Notes: generated by a model not told the origin, from the sequence alone. 64,000 nt of DNA from Octopus sinensis (GCF_006345805.1 NC_042998.1:86552001-86616000), one strand, 5' to 3'. Counted from the stretch's first letter, positions 12,616 through 24,516 are shown. Numbers and translations are program-made.

Positions 12616-13715
12616 TAGGATCTTGCAGATAAATTGAGACAGTTTTAACAATGCATAAAACTGGTTTAAATAATAAAATGAGTCCAGAACATTTACTCCC
12701 CATGGACAATAACCCCATTGTTGCTTGAAGGATGCCCCACAAAAAATAATTGATAGAGTTGTGATCTGGGCTATTACTGGGCCAGATGTTGGCCCTCATA
12801 AAAAATGGCACCATTTCACCAAGTAAGGCCTGTGTTGCTTTTGACCCATGGCATGGTGTGGAATCCTGGTTAAGCACCACATTGTCAAGCCCAAACTTCT
12901 GTCCTGTCCAAGATAGCAGAGAGTTTTTCAGGATATCCAGATACTCCTTTGTGCCGATCTTCAAGCCAGACTCAATAAAGTGTGGATCCATGACACTTCC
13001 ATCACTCATCACGGCTCCAAATACCATCACAGAGGTAGAACTTTTAGTCTCAAACACAGCAGGGACATCAGAAGTGTTGTATGCAGCCACTTGAGAATTT
13101 TTGTCATTCACCTCAGCGTCCACAGTGAACTTCTCGTCCACAAACACAAGAGTTTCTCCTGCACCTTGATGCTTGATGAATGACAGGAGCTTTGAGCATC
13201 TCTTGGCTCTGATTGCTTTGGCCTTGGCTGTTAGGAGGCAACAGTATCGTTGAACATAGCTAGTCATGCCAAAGTCCCTGTTCACAGCTCTGGACACTGT
13301 GGAAAGGGACACATTGCATTTCTTTGAAAGAGTTGTAATGGTTGTCATGGATGTGGGTGGGTTAGCTTCAGTTGAGCCTTTGAAGTTAGCAAGAAACTTT
13401 GAATTGTCCTTGGAAACACTTTGAGTCTTGTGTTCTTTTCTTTCAATCTTTCCCTCTTCTTTTAATAGTCTATGCACATGATAAACTGTTGCTTTTTGGA
13501 AGTTTTCTCAACTTTAGAATTTCTTGGCAGAGTGTCCAGTGCATGCCAAAATAACAATGGCAGAAAAATTCTGTTGTTGAATCAGTTTGTTATTTACCTG
13601 AAAAATAAAGTGGAGGATTAGATTTTCAAGTAAGCAAGGTTTTATCAAAAAAGAAAATGTTAAACCCACTAAGTCAACTGCTTAAAATTGGTCTCAATTT
13701 ATCTGCAAGACCCTG
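12616..13715 (-). mobile_element. maT-type (DD37D) Tc1/mariner transposon, internally deleted; copy B 61357-62457
   Basis: 25-bp TIR CAGGGTCTTGCAGATAAATTGAGAC, with TA at the intact end. ORF has FVDEKFTV, VMVFGAV, QDSTPCH, WPSNSPDHNSINY; 37 residues separate the second D from the third catalytic position, which is now N. Confidence 0.9.
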
Positions 13716-13737
13716 TACATACATACATGCATGCATA

Positions 13738-14040
13738 CCAGATCGAGTCAAAAGCTTTGCAACATTTTGATGACGTTTTTGCTTTATTCATCAAGTTACA
13801 ACAAAAGTAACCTAGCATTGAAAGTAGATGCCATCGTGTTGCAGTGCCTGAAGCCACCTTTCTGCCAGTTCTTTGATTCCTGTTGATACCAGTTCTTGTC
13901 CATTGAGGTGAAGAACTCCTTTGCTGAAGCTTCCACCTCCTCTTAGTTGATGAAAAATTGTGAGCATAGGAATCAAACCATGGATTGGAATAAGTTGCGA
14001 GGTTGCGACTATATGCTGGGTGTGGTATTAGTTCAATTCC
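13738..14040 (-). mobile_element. 3' part of a mariner relic, cut by the gap (complete copy at 62480-63700)
   Basis: PHPAYS motif, C-terminal WYQHGIKELAERW and TIR. Confidence 0.85.
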
Positions 14041-14140
14041 NNNNNNNNNNNNNNNNNNNNNNNNNNNNNNNNNNNNNNNNNNNNNNNNNNNNNNNNNNNN
14101 NNNNNNNNNNNNNNNNNNNNNNNNNNNNNNNNNNNNNNNN
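14041..14140. other. Assembly gap (100 N)
   Basis: Run of exactly 100 N, typical of a scaffolder placeholder. Confidence 0.99.
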
Positions 14141-14278
14141 ACATGTTTTCATTTATGTGTATTGACGACTCATTACGCATCTTGTTCTTATTTCTAGCAA
14201 ACGTTTTCTCATACCTTAGTGAAATTTAGTGGACAATTATAATTCCTCCTTTTGGTGAAACATTGCAACTGCTGTTTA

Positions 14279-15195
14279 TCTACTACATATGTGTGAAATT
14301 CTGTCGTCTGTGGGTGTGTTGTGGAGTTGTTAGCTACCTCCTCCTACATCGTTTTTATTGATTTTGATGAAACTTGACTCATTAGTAGAACTCCTGTTTA
14401 AGAACCTCATGGCATACACAGATTGTTGAAAAAAGAACAATCAATAGGGCCACTGAAGGATCCTTATATATATCTAATATATTTTTATTTTAAAAACCAA
14501 GGGAAATAACCCATTCGCCCCTGGAAGAGATCCTTATATATAGCCAAGGGAAATAACCTATTCATTTTCCTAAATTATTTGGTAAAAATGATATTGAATA
14601 TGCTTATTCCTTAATATTTGAACTGCTAGAGTTATTTTCGCAATTTATCCAGTGCAACCCTTAAACAAGTAAATAATATTTTCCTAAACAATTGATTCAC
14701 TATTTCGGTTAGTGACTTATTCACGAATATACCAATACTACCACCCCTGAGGGTAATATTCTCTGGGAACACACAAAAGCTCTTTTCAGAGTTACTTACT
14801 TTGAACTGTTATTATCTCATACCTCATTAGCCTCTTATTACGTAACATGCTTTACGATTTTAGCATACATACCTTATTAGTATTTCCTCCTATGTTCTAT
14901 ATACTCTGGGAATGCATTAAAAACCTTTTCAGTGCTACTTTATTTGAATTCTTTTTATCGGGTAACTAATTTCAGGTTATTATGTAACTGACTTCACAAT
15001 TTGGGTATTCATAATTCATTGGGAATTCCTAAAAACAAGATCCTGTGTAAGACAGTTTGGTATTCTCAATTAATGCACAAAAACCATTTTAAGGGCTACA
15101 TACTTTGTATTGTTATTGGATTAGTGAAACAATTATGAGAATGAAACCAAGGGATAAGCCCCACTCTCCCAGGAATTACCGGGTATGTCATCTAG
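14279..15195 (+). mobile_element. Non-autonomous Helitron (N3)
   Basis: A|TC start, GATTTTGATGAAACTTG motif, internal degenerate repeats, 3' CCCAGGAATTACCGGG hairpin remnant, CTAG|T. Confidence 0.7.
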
Positions 15196-15215
15196 TATAT
15201 ATATATATATACACA

Positions 15216-16645
15216 CAGTAGTGGGAAATAAATATTCGTACATGTCAAAATTCTTTATTTATTTAATTTCTAATGAACATAAATGGGATATACCAATACT
15301 ATATTTGCTTACACATGCATAAACTAAGAATACACAAAAGAAACTAATAAATTATAGTAAGGAATTTATATTCAATTATAAATATTTAGGGGTGAAAAAA
15401 GTATTCGTACAGAACTACTGATTCTAATTTAATACTTCGTAGCATAACCATTATTCAGTTCCACTTCAACCAATCTCTTCTTGTAGTTCTTAATCAATGA
15501 CTTGCATGTTTCTTTAGGAATTTTTTTCCCATTTTTCTTGACAAATTTTTTTCAAATCTGCAATGCACATTGGGGCTCTTGAATGAATTCTAATTTTCAA
15601 ATAATGCCATAAATCATTGTTCAAAATATTTTGGTACATCTCTGCATTTATTCTACCATCTATCATATGTAAATTGCCAGTACCATTTGCAGAGAAACAC
15701 CCCCACACCATGATGTTGCCACCTCCAAACTTTACAGTAGGAATTGTGTTTTTCAGCAAATAGGCAGTACCATCTTTCCTCCAAACATGGCTACACGAAT
15801 TTTGTCCAAGCAATTCAATTTTCGACTCGTCTGTCCATAGAACATTTTCCCAGAATGTATCAGATTTATCTTTATGTTCATAAACAAATTTTCAATGGGC
15901 ATCTCTATGCCTTAAAGTCTACAACAGTGGAGGTTTTTACATACAGCGTGGATTTTTCTAGGAGGCGTGATGTCAGTTCATCTATGAATTCATTGCTGAT
16001 TGTTCAAAGTGTAACACTAGTCCCTGAAGCTAACAAATCTTCTTGCAACTCCTTTTGATGATCATTGCATTTTTTCTGATTCTTCGCTTCATTTTTCTTA
16101 AAGGGGAAATCTTGCATGGTGCACTGGATCTTATTCTGTTTTCAACAGTTCTCGATTTTTTTTTATCTTTGAATAAATGAAGATATGGTAGAAAATGGAA
16201 TACCAAGGGTCTCTGATATTTTCCTGTAACTTTTACCTGCTTTCCACTGTTCAATAATTAAGTTATCACTAAATTTGTGAGTTCTTTACTTTTCGCCATT
16301 ATTACAATACTTCTTATGTTGTCTCAATGCTGAAAGAAGAAGCTAGTGTTTTGACACTTAAAAATGACAACTGATAAGATTTTTGGAACAAACAAGGAAG
16401 TTCTAGTAAAAATAATTATTGGCATAGAAAATCATAAATTTATTCTGTACGAATACTTTTTTTACCCCTAAATATTTATAATTGTATATAATTCATTAGT
16501 TACTATAATTTATTAGTTTCTTTGCATATTCTTAGTTTATGCATGTGTATGCATATATAGTATTGGTATATCCCATTTATGTTCATTATAAATTAAATAA
16601 ATAAAGAATTTTGACATGAACGAATAATTATTCCCCCCCCCACTG
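15216..16645 (-). mobile_element. Tc1 transposon with long IR/DR-type TIRs and a decayed transposase
   Basis: ~200-bp TIRs (15216-15414 / 16443-16645) beginning CAGT, each with an outer and inner TATTCGTAC repeat. Transposase relic at 15429-16299 (MAKSKEL, TVKFGGGNIMVWGCFS) with stops and an internal deletion. Confidence 0.92.
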
Positions 16646-16648
16646 ATA

Positions 16649-16721
16649 GGTTTTGTAGTACAATGGATAATGTGTCTGACTATGGATCAGAAGATTCTGA
16701 GTTCGAATCCTCAAGAGTGTG
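16649..16721 (+). pseudogene. tRNA-Arg(ACG)-derived pseudogene (anticodon decayed to ATG)
   Basis: 73 nt. The core CAATGGATAA..GTCTGACTATGGATCAGAAGATTC..GTTCGAATCC closely matches eukaryotic tRNA-Arg-ACG, with CpG->TpG changes and a broken acceptor stem. Confidence 0.75.
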
Positions 16722-16938
16722 CAATTTATTTATAGGTGCAGGAGTGGGTGTGTGGTAAGAAGCTTGCACATGGTTCTGGGTTCGGTCCTACTGCATGGCA
16801 CCTTGGGAAAGTGCCTTCTACTATAGCCTCTGGTCGACCAAAGCCTTGTGAGTGGATTTGGTTGGCAAAAACTGAAAGAAGCCATCATATATGTAATAAT
16901 ATATATATAATATATATATATATATAATATATTACATT

Positions 16939-17133
16939 ATATAATTAGGGCTTAGTAAAATAAATTACTTTGCCACATACTGAACTGTGAGCTGTGAGCT
17001 GTCTGGAGTAAACATTATCTGAGAGAAATTTTCTTTAAGTAGTAGAAATGCTAAGAAAATTTTTTTTTTTTTGGCTGCTATTTCTACTAAGTTCAGTATG
17101 TCAAAGTAATTTATTTTACTAAGCCCTAATTAT
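16939..17133. mobile_element. MITE (~48-bp TIR) inserted in the TA tract of a SINE
   Basis: TATATAATTAGGGCTTAGTAAAATAAATTACTTTG..CATACTGAACT is present as an inverted repeat at both ends. Confidence 0.8.
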
Positions 17134-17433
17134 ATAATATATTATATATATATATATATATTGATTTTGATTTTCCAGTTTCAGCTAATGAGCTGTGGCC
17201 ATGCTGGGGCACCGCCATATATATATATGTATGTATGTATGTATTTGTGTGTCTGTTTGTCTCTGCCACCAATGCTTGACAACCGATGTTGGCAAAGAGC
17301 CTGACAGCATAAGTACTAGTTTACAAAGAATAAATCCTGAGGTCGATTTGTTCAACTAAAGCCGGTACTCCAGCATAGCCGCAGTCAAATGAATGAAACA
17401 AATGAAAGAATAAAAGGAAGAATATATATATAT

Positions 17434-17471
<38 letters not shown>

Positions 17472-17478
<7 letters not shown>

Positions 17479-17814
17479 CAATATAAGGAATGGGCATATA
17501 GGACATTCGACTCACTAGAAAGAGCAGCCAAAACTCATACCGCTAAATTGTACTGAAGAGAACGACCATCTGGACTATCATAGTAAATTTGGCAATGTAT
17601 AATTAAATTAATTAATTCATTCATCTGCGTGCTTCAGATGTAATGAATTTAATAATGCCATGCCAACTTTTGCCGATGCAAGTCCAGAGATGAAAGGGGT
17701 AAACGTTTTTATTTCTCTTTCTATTTCAGAATTACAACTATTTAGCAGTATGAGTTTTGGCTGCTCTTTCTAGTGAGTCGAATCCTATATGGCCATTCCT
17801 TATATTGTTGAATG
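17472..17814. mobile_element. Foldback MITE with ~80-bp TIRs and a central hairpin
   Basis: ATTCAACAATATAAGGAATGG...AAAACTCATAC is inverted at both ends; central ATTCATTCATCTG/CAGATGTAATGAAT stem; flanked by TA tracts. Confidence 0.8.
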
Positions 17815-17918
17815 TATATTATATAGTCTTTGAACTATTTTTTCTCTCTCACTAGACCGCTGGTAGTGGAAAATTTTTTCTAGAATTTTTTGCTGCCCTT
17901 ATATTTTTATTTATTTAT

Positions 17919-17989
<71 letters not shown>

Positions 17990-17996
17990 TTATATA

Positions 17997-18044
<48 letters not shown>

Positions 18045-18068
18045 TATATATATATATACATCTATATG

Positions 18069-18353
18069 TGGAGGCGCAATGGCCTAGTGGTTAGGGCAGC
18101 GAACTCGCGGTCGTAGGACCGCGGTTTTGATTCCCAGACCGGGCGTTGTGCGTGTTTATTGAGCGAAAACACCTTAAAGCACCATAAGGCTCTGGCAAGG
18201 GGGTGATCCCTGCTGTACTCTTTCTCTCACTCTTTCTTCCATTGGCCTGCTTGCTTAGCCAGCGGGGTGGCGTCATTTGAAGGCTAAAACAATGCGAATG
18301 CATTTTGACCAGCGATGTGTAGCAACATCTGATGGTCTGGTCGGTCACGTGAT

Positions 18354-18362
<9 letters not shown>
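18069..18362 (+). mobile_element. tRNA-derived SINE, family B
   Basis: A-box TGGCCTAGTGG, B-box-like GGTTTTGATTCCC, CpG-rich body, CACGTGAT repeat tail. Confidence 0.8.
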
Positions 18363-18403
<41 letters not shown>

Positions 18404-18418
18404 GTATATATATATATA

Positions 18419-20035
18419 TCATCATCATTTGAAACCCATTTTCCATGCAGGCATGGGTCGAGCGGTTTGATTGAAGCTGGTAAGGCCAGGGGCTGCACCA
18501 GGCTCCATCGTATGTTCTGGCATGGTTTCTACAGTTGGATGACTTTCCTAAAAGCACCCAGTACATTCCATAGAGTGTACTGGGTGCTTTTAACATGGCA
18601 TCAGCATGAATGCTTTTTATGTGACAATAGCACCAGTACCAATTCTGCTGTGGCAAAGAGGTCTTCTGAAGTACAGCAAAGTGTGAGATATCTTTTGTCC
18701 ATAAACATCTTTTTTGTAAGGGTCTGTATCTTTGTCTTGCATCTTCCTGGGTCTTTCTCTTCCACAAGTTCCTTCCACTTTAAGTGTAGGCAACTGCCTA
18801 CATCCACACATCATATGACCAAACAAGTGCACTCTTTTCCCTCACACACTGAATATATTCTTCTTATGCCCAACTTTTCCCTCAAAGCACTTGTGCTCTG
18901 TCACTCACATACACTGACATTATGCATCCAGTAAAGCTTATAGCTTCATTCCTCTCTAGCCATCACATATCTGCATTCAGGGCCCACATCTCACTACCAG
19001 GAAGCATTGCTGTTTGTATACATGCATCATGCAATTTTCAATTCTCACAGAGAAAGAGACCTTTGATTGCCAACAGAGGTAAAAGCTCCCTGAATTTTCT
19101 CATCCTATTCTTATTCTTGAAATTACAGTTTCCTTACATCCTCCCTCACAACTAATTAGTACTCCTAGGTAGCAGAAATTACCCACTACCTCTGGTGTAT
19201 TTGAGAAAATTGATAACCTGAGTGGTTCTTGTACATCTTCCACATACACACACTACCTCCTCTAATAATCTTTCTATCAATTCACTTGTGTTCCATAACT
19301 TGCACTGGTTACATTGTATGGAATTCTTGTCTACACATATTCTACATATTGAGCAGGGCCATTTATCTGATGGAGGAAGTCTTCTGTCCATTTTTTTGCA
19401 TACTAGAATCTTAGTGTTTCCTTAGATTCCAGGTGTTGCTTCACACTAGGAATTTCTTTTTTTAGTTCTGTTATAGAATCTGCTATAAAGGGCAGCTCAT
19501 CAGTATATATATTCCCAGGAGCAATCTGTCTTGAATTCATCTGTTATGGCTTTGAGGACGATGATGAATAGGAGGGGACTGAGAACTGATCCCTGGAACA
19601 CCTACCTCTACCCTAAATTCATTACTATACTCTTGGTTAACTCTCACCTTATTGACAGCATTTCTATACATGGCTTGTATGGCTTTCACAATCTATTCAT
19701 CTACTCCTGACTTCCTCAGGGCCCACCATATCACACTGTCGGGTACTCTGTCAAAAGCTTTCTCGAAGTCAACAAATGCCAAGTGCCATAGTTTTATTCT
19801 TGGCCTAATACTTCTCCTGCAGCTATCTAACTGTAAAGCTAGCGTCAGTATTGCTTCTCTCCAATACAAAGTCAAACTATATTTTGTCTAATCTGATTCT
19901 GCTCATAATTAACTGGGCTATTACTCTTTTCATCACTTTCATGACCTGGTCCAGCAATTTGATGCCTCTGTAATTACTTCTAAGGCATCTGCCTTACTCT
20001 TGTAGCAGCTGACTAAAAAGCTGGTAATCAATAAT
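18419..20035 (-). mobile_element. Decayed RTE-like LINE (PHD-insert family)
   Basis: LAFVDFEKAFDRVPDSVIWWALRK, WPCSICR..CNQC..CGRC, (GAT)n tail. Confidence 0.85.
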
Positions 20036-21397
20036 ATATACATGGACACACACACACACACACACATGCACGCATACATATGTGCAAATATATTGATATA
20101 CATATACACACACACAGGTACACATACACACCACAAACACATACACATACATACACACACAATCAACACACACACATACACTCACACACAATCACATACA
20201 CACACAAACACACACATGCATACACTGACACACTCACACACACACACACATGGATCGTGGTATATACAGCTTGTGGTAACAACAGCTGTTTCTAACCAGA
20301 TTACTGATACAGATGACAACAACAATAATCTGCAAAAATTCTTCAGCAACCCCTCTAACAAATCATATATGAAATGCATATATCACATTAACCATCCTTT
20401 TAATAAAAGAATCTACACAGATGAAGAAATAGAAGCAGAATTTACTTTGGCTAAAATAAAGCTTGAACAGATTCTATGACAATACAGATTATAAAATGCA
20501 TAGGACATCCACCAACCTGATATGAGACTCAGAAATCAGTCTGAGATAGCATATTAAAAATAGATATGTAGTGTGTTTTCCCACAGTCAAGTCTGGTTGA
20601 ATATGTGTAGACAGTTTTGAAACTGTTCAGTCAATGCTGCCCCACATCAGTAATATGAAAGAGCTAACAACTCAAGATTATGAAAAAACAGAAAAATTCT
20701 TTAATGCACACATGGTATTTGATGCAACATTTTCCAACTAAGATGATAGAGAATAAATGAATTCCAGGTCACAAACAACGACTTACTGGCAGTATGTGAA
20801 CTTAGGGTAGACAAAAACCCATCTTGGATCCTGTTTATGGACTTCCAATCAGACTAGTTTCCAAAGTTAATATTTTCAGCAACTACAAGCTATCAAATTT
20901 CCTTTCTGTGATCATACAGTCGCTGATAAAGATATCTGTTGATGTCTTTGACAGCAATGAAAGAAGAGAAGTAATTCTACATCAAGATGCTCAACACACT
21001 ACACAGCCCAAGAGATTTATCACAGGAAAGAAGAGAAGAATTTCTATCTCAATATGCAAATTCTCACAGATTAGAAATAGATTTAAGTAAAATATATGTA
21101 AAACTTTTGGGTATGCATGAGAAAAATAGGACATTAAACTACACATCATTTAATGGGTACCCTAGTAATAATAATGATAATAACAATAGTTTCAGATTTT
21201 ACCACAAGGGCAGCAACTTTAGGGTAGGGATGAGTCATTAAATTCACTCCAGTGTTCAACTGGCACTTATTTTATTAACCCTCAAAGGATGAAAGGTAAA
21301 GTTGACCTTGGTGGAATTTGAACTCAGATTATAGCGATGGACAATATACCGCTAAGCATTTCATGCAGTGTGCTAACAATTCTGCCAGCTTGCTGCC

Positions 21398-21458
<61 letters not shown>

Positions 21459-21459
<1 letters not shown>

Positions 21460-22225
21460 GGGTTGAAAGTGTGACTCACATTGTTAGTGCTTGTGAAAGT
21501 CTTGCACAAAAAGAGCACAAGCACAGGCACACGGTTGCCTGAAACCTTCACTGATTACTATGCTGGATATGTGAATACAAGTAATTGGTGCTTGTACCAA
21601 CATATACCAGAAAAGGTAATGGACGAAAAGGGGAAAGCAAAATCCTCTGGGACTTTGACTTCTAGACAAATAAGGTGTCAGAGCACTGAAGCCGATATAT
21701 AGTAAGTAACCATTAGGATGAACAAGAAGAGTGCCTAATAATTGTCACAGCAGTGCCAAGAGATCAACATATTATCATGAGAGAAGAGAAAAGATTGATA
21801 ATATGGAGACTGAGAATTGAAATCATCAAGATGTGGCAGCATAAAGTTTGTCCCTATTGTCATCAGAGCATTGGGTTTCAATACCACCTCACCTGAAGAA
21901 ACATCTGGAAACTTTTACCCTACAATCTTGGTGTACTGCAAAAATTGGCATTGCTTGGAAGTGCACACATATTACATAAAGTACTGCCTGTCTGAGGTCC
22001 TTGTGGTGACTTGAGAGATAGTACAAACCCCCAGTAGATGCAATATCTTCAATCAACAACATAACGATATTGGATAATGTGTGACATCTTAAATAATAAT
22101 AATAATGGTCCTGTGATAATTGGTGCACTTGATACAACACCCAAATGTTGCTTAAGAAGCTGAAGGATATTGGAATTGATGATCATATTTTTGATCTGCA
22201 GGAAAACAGCATACGACATTAAAAG
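21459..22225 (+). mobile_element. R4/Dong-clade (RLE) LINE 3' fragments within (TAA)n
   Basis: Broken HIVSACESLAQKEHKHRH (zinc-knuckle tail), KILWDF and PIVIRALG. (TAA)n lies at 21399-21458 and about 22091-22106, followed by a second short PVIIGAL fragment. Confidence 0.8.
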
Positions 22226-23113
22226 TAATTGTCCCTTGTGGGCCTATGAATTTTAATTTTTGCTTCAGTACAGCCTGCAGAGTCAAATAGTTTTGAGACC
22301 CCCAATTCTTATCCTTTTTTGTTATTATGGCAATAAACAACTTGTGTAATCAGTTTAAATGTATAATTAAAGTAAACTTAATATCTTTTAGCTGATACTA
22401 TGAGATTTGGATAAATTTAATTTGCTGTCTCTTCTACAAGCAGACAAAAATTGATTGATTTGACTGAGTATTGAATTTGTTGTACTCATTTTTGGAATGT
22501 GTAAAGAGAAATAGCTTACAGCTATTTAAAGCCACTAAGTGTACAGGCTTTAGTACATTAGTTAACTTGATTTGCAAACAGAAAATGTAAAAACAGTTCT
22601 TAGTATTTTGTTAGTATTGACTTAGTTTTCTTAGTATTGACGTGAAAAAAAATTCTACTAAATTTATCTTAATATATTTTTTATAATCATCTTTACTTTT
22701 ATCTTCCTTGAAAACTATAACACATATTTTCATTTTCTTACATTTCCATTTGTTACTCTATTGATATAGGAAAGTAATGAGTTAAAAAACTTGGCTACAG
22801 ATGTAAACTGAAATGCTTTGGTAAAATTAAAGAAATAATTGATGAAATAACAAATGCACTGGCAGTAAATTCAATCAGATGTACTCCTCTTTTCTCAATG
22901 TTTACAATTATGCTAATGTTAAAAGTCACGATAAGCTTTTATAAAAACTAAGAAGTTACTCTTGAATAAAATGTATTTGATAAATGATTAATATAAACAG
23001 CTGCACCAAATATAAATTCTGTGTTGATACTCAATGCCAAATCAAATAAAAACAATGACAATTTTCAAAATATTTTTCTAATATTTTGTTTAATTTTTCT
23101 TTCTTCTTTGCAG

Positions 23114-23291
23114 TCAACATGTCCTGGCTCTACTATATATAAAATCAACATATCAGACAAAGATTTTGGTGTTAATGCTGAAATTAATTATGAACTGGAA
23201 AGTAAAGCTGATAACAGTAATTTAAAGTAAACAAATCTGGAAATGTTATTTTGGAGAAGAAGCTAGATTATGAAAAGAAACCATTATACAA
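23114..23291 (+). CDS. Cadherin exon 1 (of those visible); needs +1 nt at 23221-23226 and +1 nt at the donor
   Basis: Acceptor ttcttctttgcag. Reads STCPGSTIYKINISDKDFGVNAEINYELESKADNSN, then in the shifted frame KVNKSGNVILEKKLDYEKKPLY. Donor GTAAG at 23292. Confidence 0.85.
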
Positions 23292-23401
23292 GTAAGATCA
23301 TTATAAAGTGTTATCCATGTGTATTCCAATAATCTTTGTGTATTCCAGTGTTTGTATTCGATATTCCCCATATGTGTTTTCTAGCTTATTCATATGTATT
23401 C

Positions 23402-24170
23402 CAGTTGCTTTCTGCCAATTGACTGCAAAACAGTTTTTTGTGTCATGTATTCAAACAAGGTGGCCTGCCTACCTAACCTGTGCATTCCTCACCAGAATGT
23501 AATGCTTAGCAGATCAGCTCCAGAGAAGACGTCCATGTCTAGGACCTTGTCTTGTAGGTGATTTTCATTGGGTTTCTCAGACACTTCATGCAGAAGAAGT
23601 TTAGCCATTTGGCATGGTGTTTGTAAACTGTCCAAATCTCACAGTACAACTGCTTTGTACATCTTCAACTTGGTGGCTAGCTTAATGCCTTTCCTCTCCC
23701 ATACTGATTCACATAGCCACCTGAATGCTGAGCTTCCCTTTGTGAGGTATGTGTCAACTCCATTGTCAATATTCATAGATCTGGAGAATGAATTAGCAGA
23801 AGCCAAGTGCACACAAGGTGGGCAGAAAAAGCACTTCAAAGATAACACACAAAACCTCACTGAAGTGCACTCAGATCAACCCTGACACCTGAGAAATGCA
23901 GGCACAGGACTGCTTTGCCTGGTGTAGCTGCACCAACAGAGGTGCCACTTCTATGAACAGAGTAAGATCATAGAAGCACAAAGAAAATGTGAGCTGTGCA
24001 AATCCAGAGCCAAATCCTTGCCTTCATTCCCTGCAGACCAACAGTGTCTGACCAGTAGCAGAACCTTCTGAGCAGGCATTAGCTTGATTGACCATGGCTG
24101 GATGCACCACGACATATCTTCTCCCATATGATGTCCTGGTCACCATTAACAATGACGAATGAGCATTATT
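23402..24170. mobile_element. RTE LINE 3' fragment with a 5' inversion
   Basis: 23402-23790 on minus encodes SRSMNID..SSAFRWL..KLATKLKMYKAVVL..KKLFCSQLAE. 23790-24170 on plus continues ELAEAKCTQGGQKKHFKD to the C-terminal zinc-finger-like tail. Confidence 0.8.
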
Positions 24171-24516
24171 ATTATCATGTATTTCAGTTATCTGTATGTA
24201 TACTCCTGTTATCCATATTTATTCTAATTGTAAAAGAGGTATCCTGTATCCGTTTATGTTGAAAGAATTGATTAAAAGTTGGCATAAAAAAGGTATATTG
24301 TTATTAAATACTGCTTGAAAGTGTTCTGTGCAACACATGCCAAAATTACAAAAAAAAAAGACTGTTATTGTTAGTGCTGGCATTGTAGATTCATAGACAA
24401 TTTAGTGTTACACAGATACAAAGTTGATACTCAAAGTGCATGTCATTTTTGTGAATATACTTTCATTTCTTAACCAATAAGAATAAAATAAAATGCCATC
24501 AATATTTAATTTCTAG

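Larger units (their letters stand above)
1..14040 (+). repeat. Copy A of a >=14-kb direct duplication (partner 48712-62783)
   Basis: Collinear throughout. Differs only by scattered SNPs, small indels and microsatellite lengths. Ends abruptly inside a mariner relic at the N gap. Confidence 0.98.

Noticed and set aside
14141-23113. Upstream cadherin exons
   Set aside because: No cadherin motif in any frame I read; the stretch is almost entirely TE-derived.
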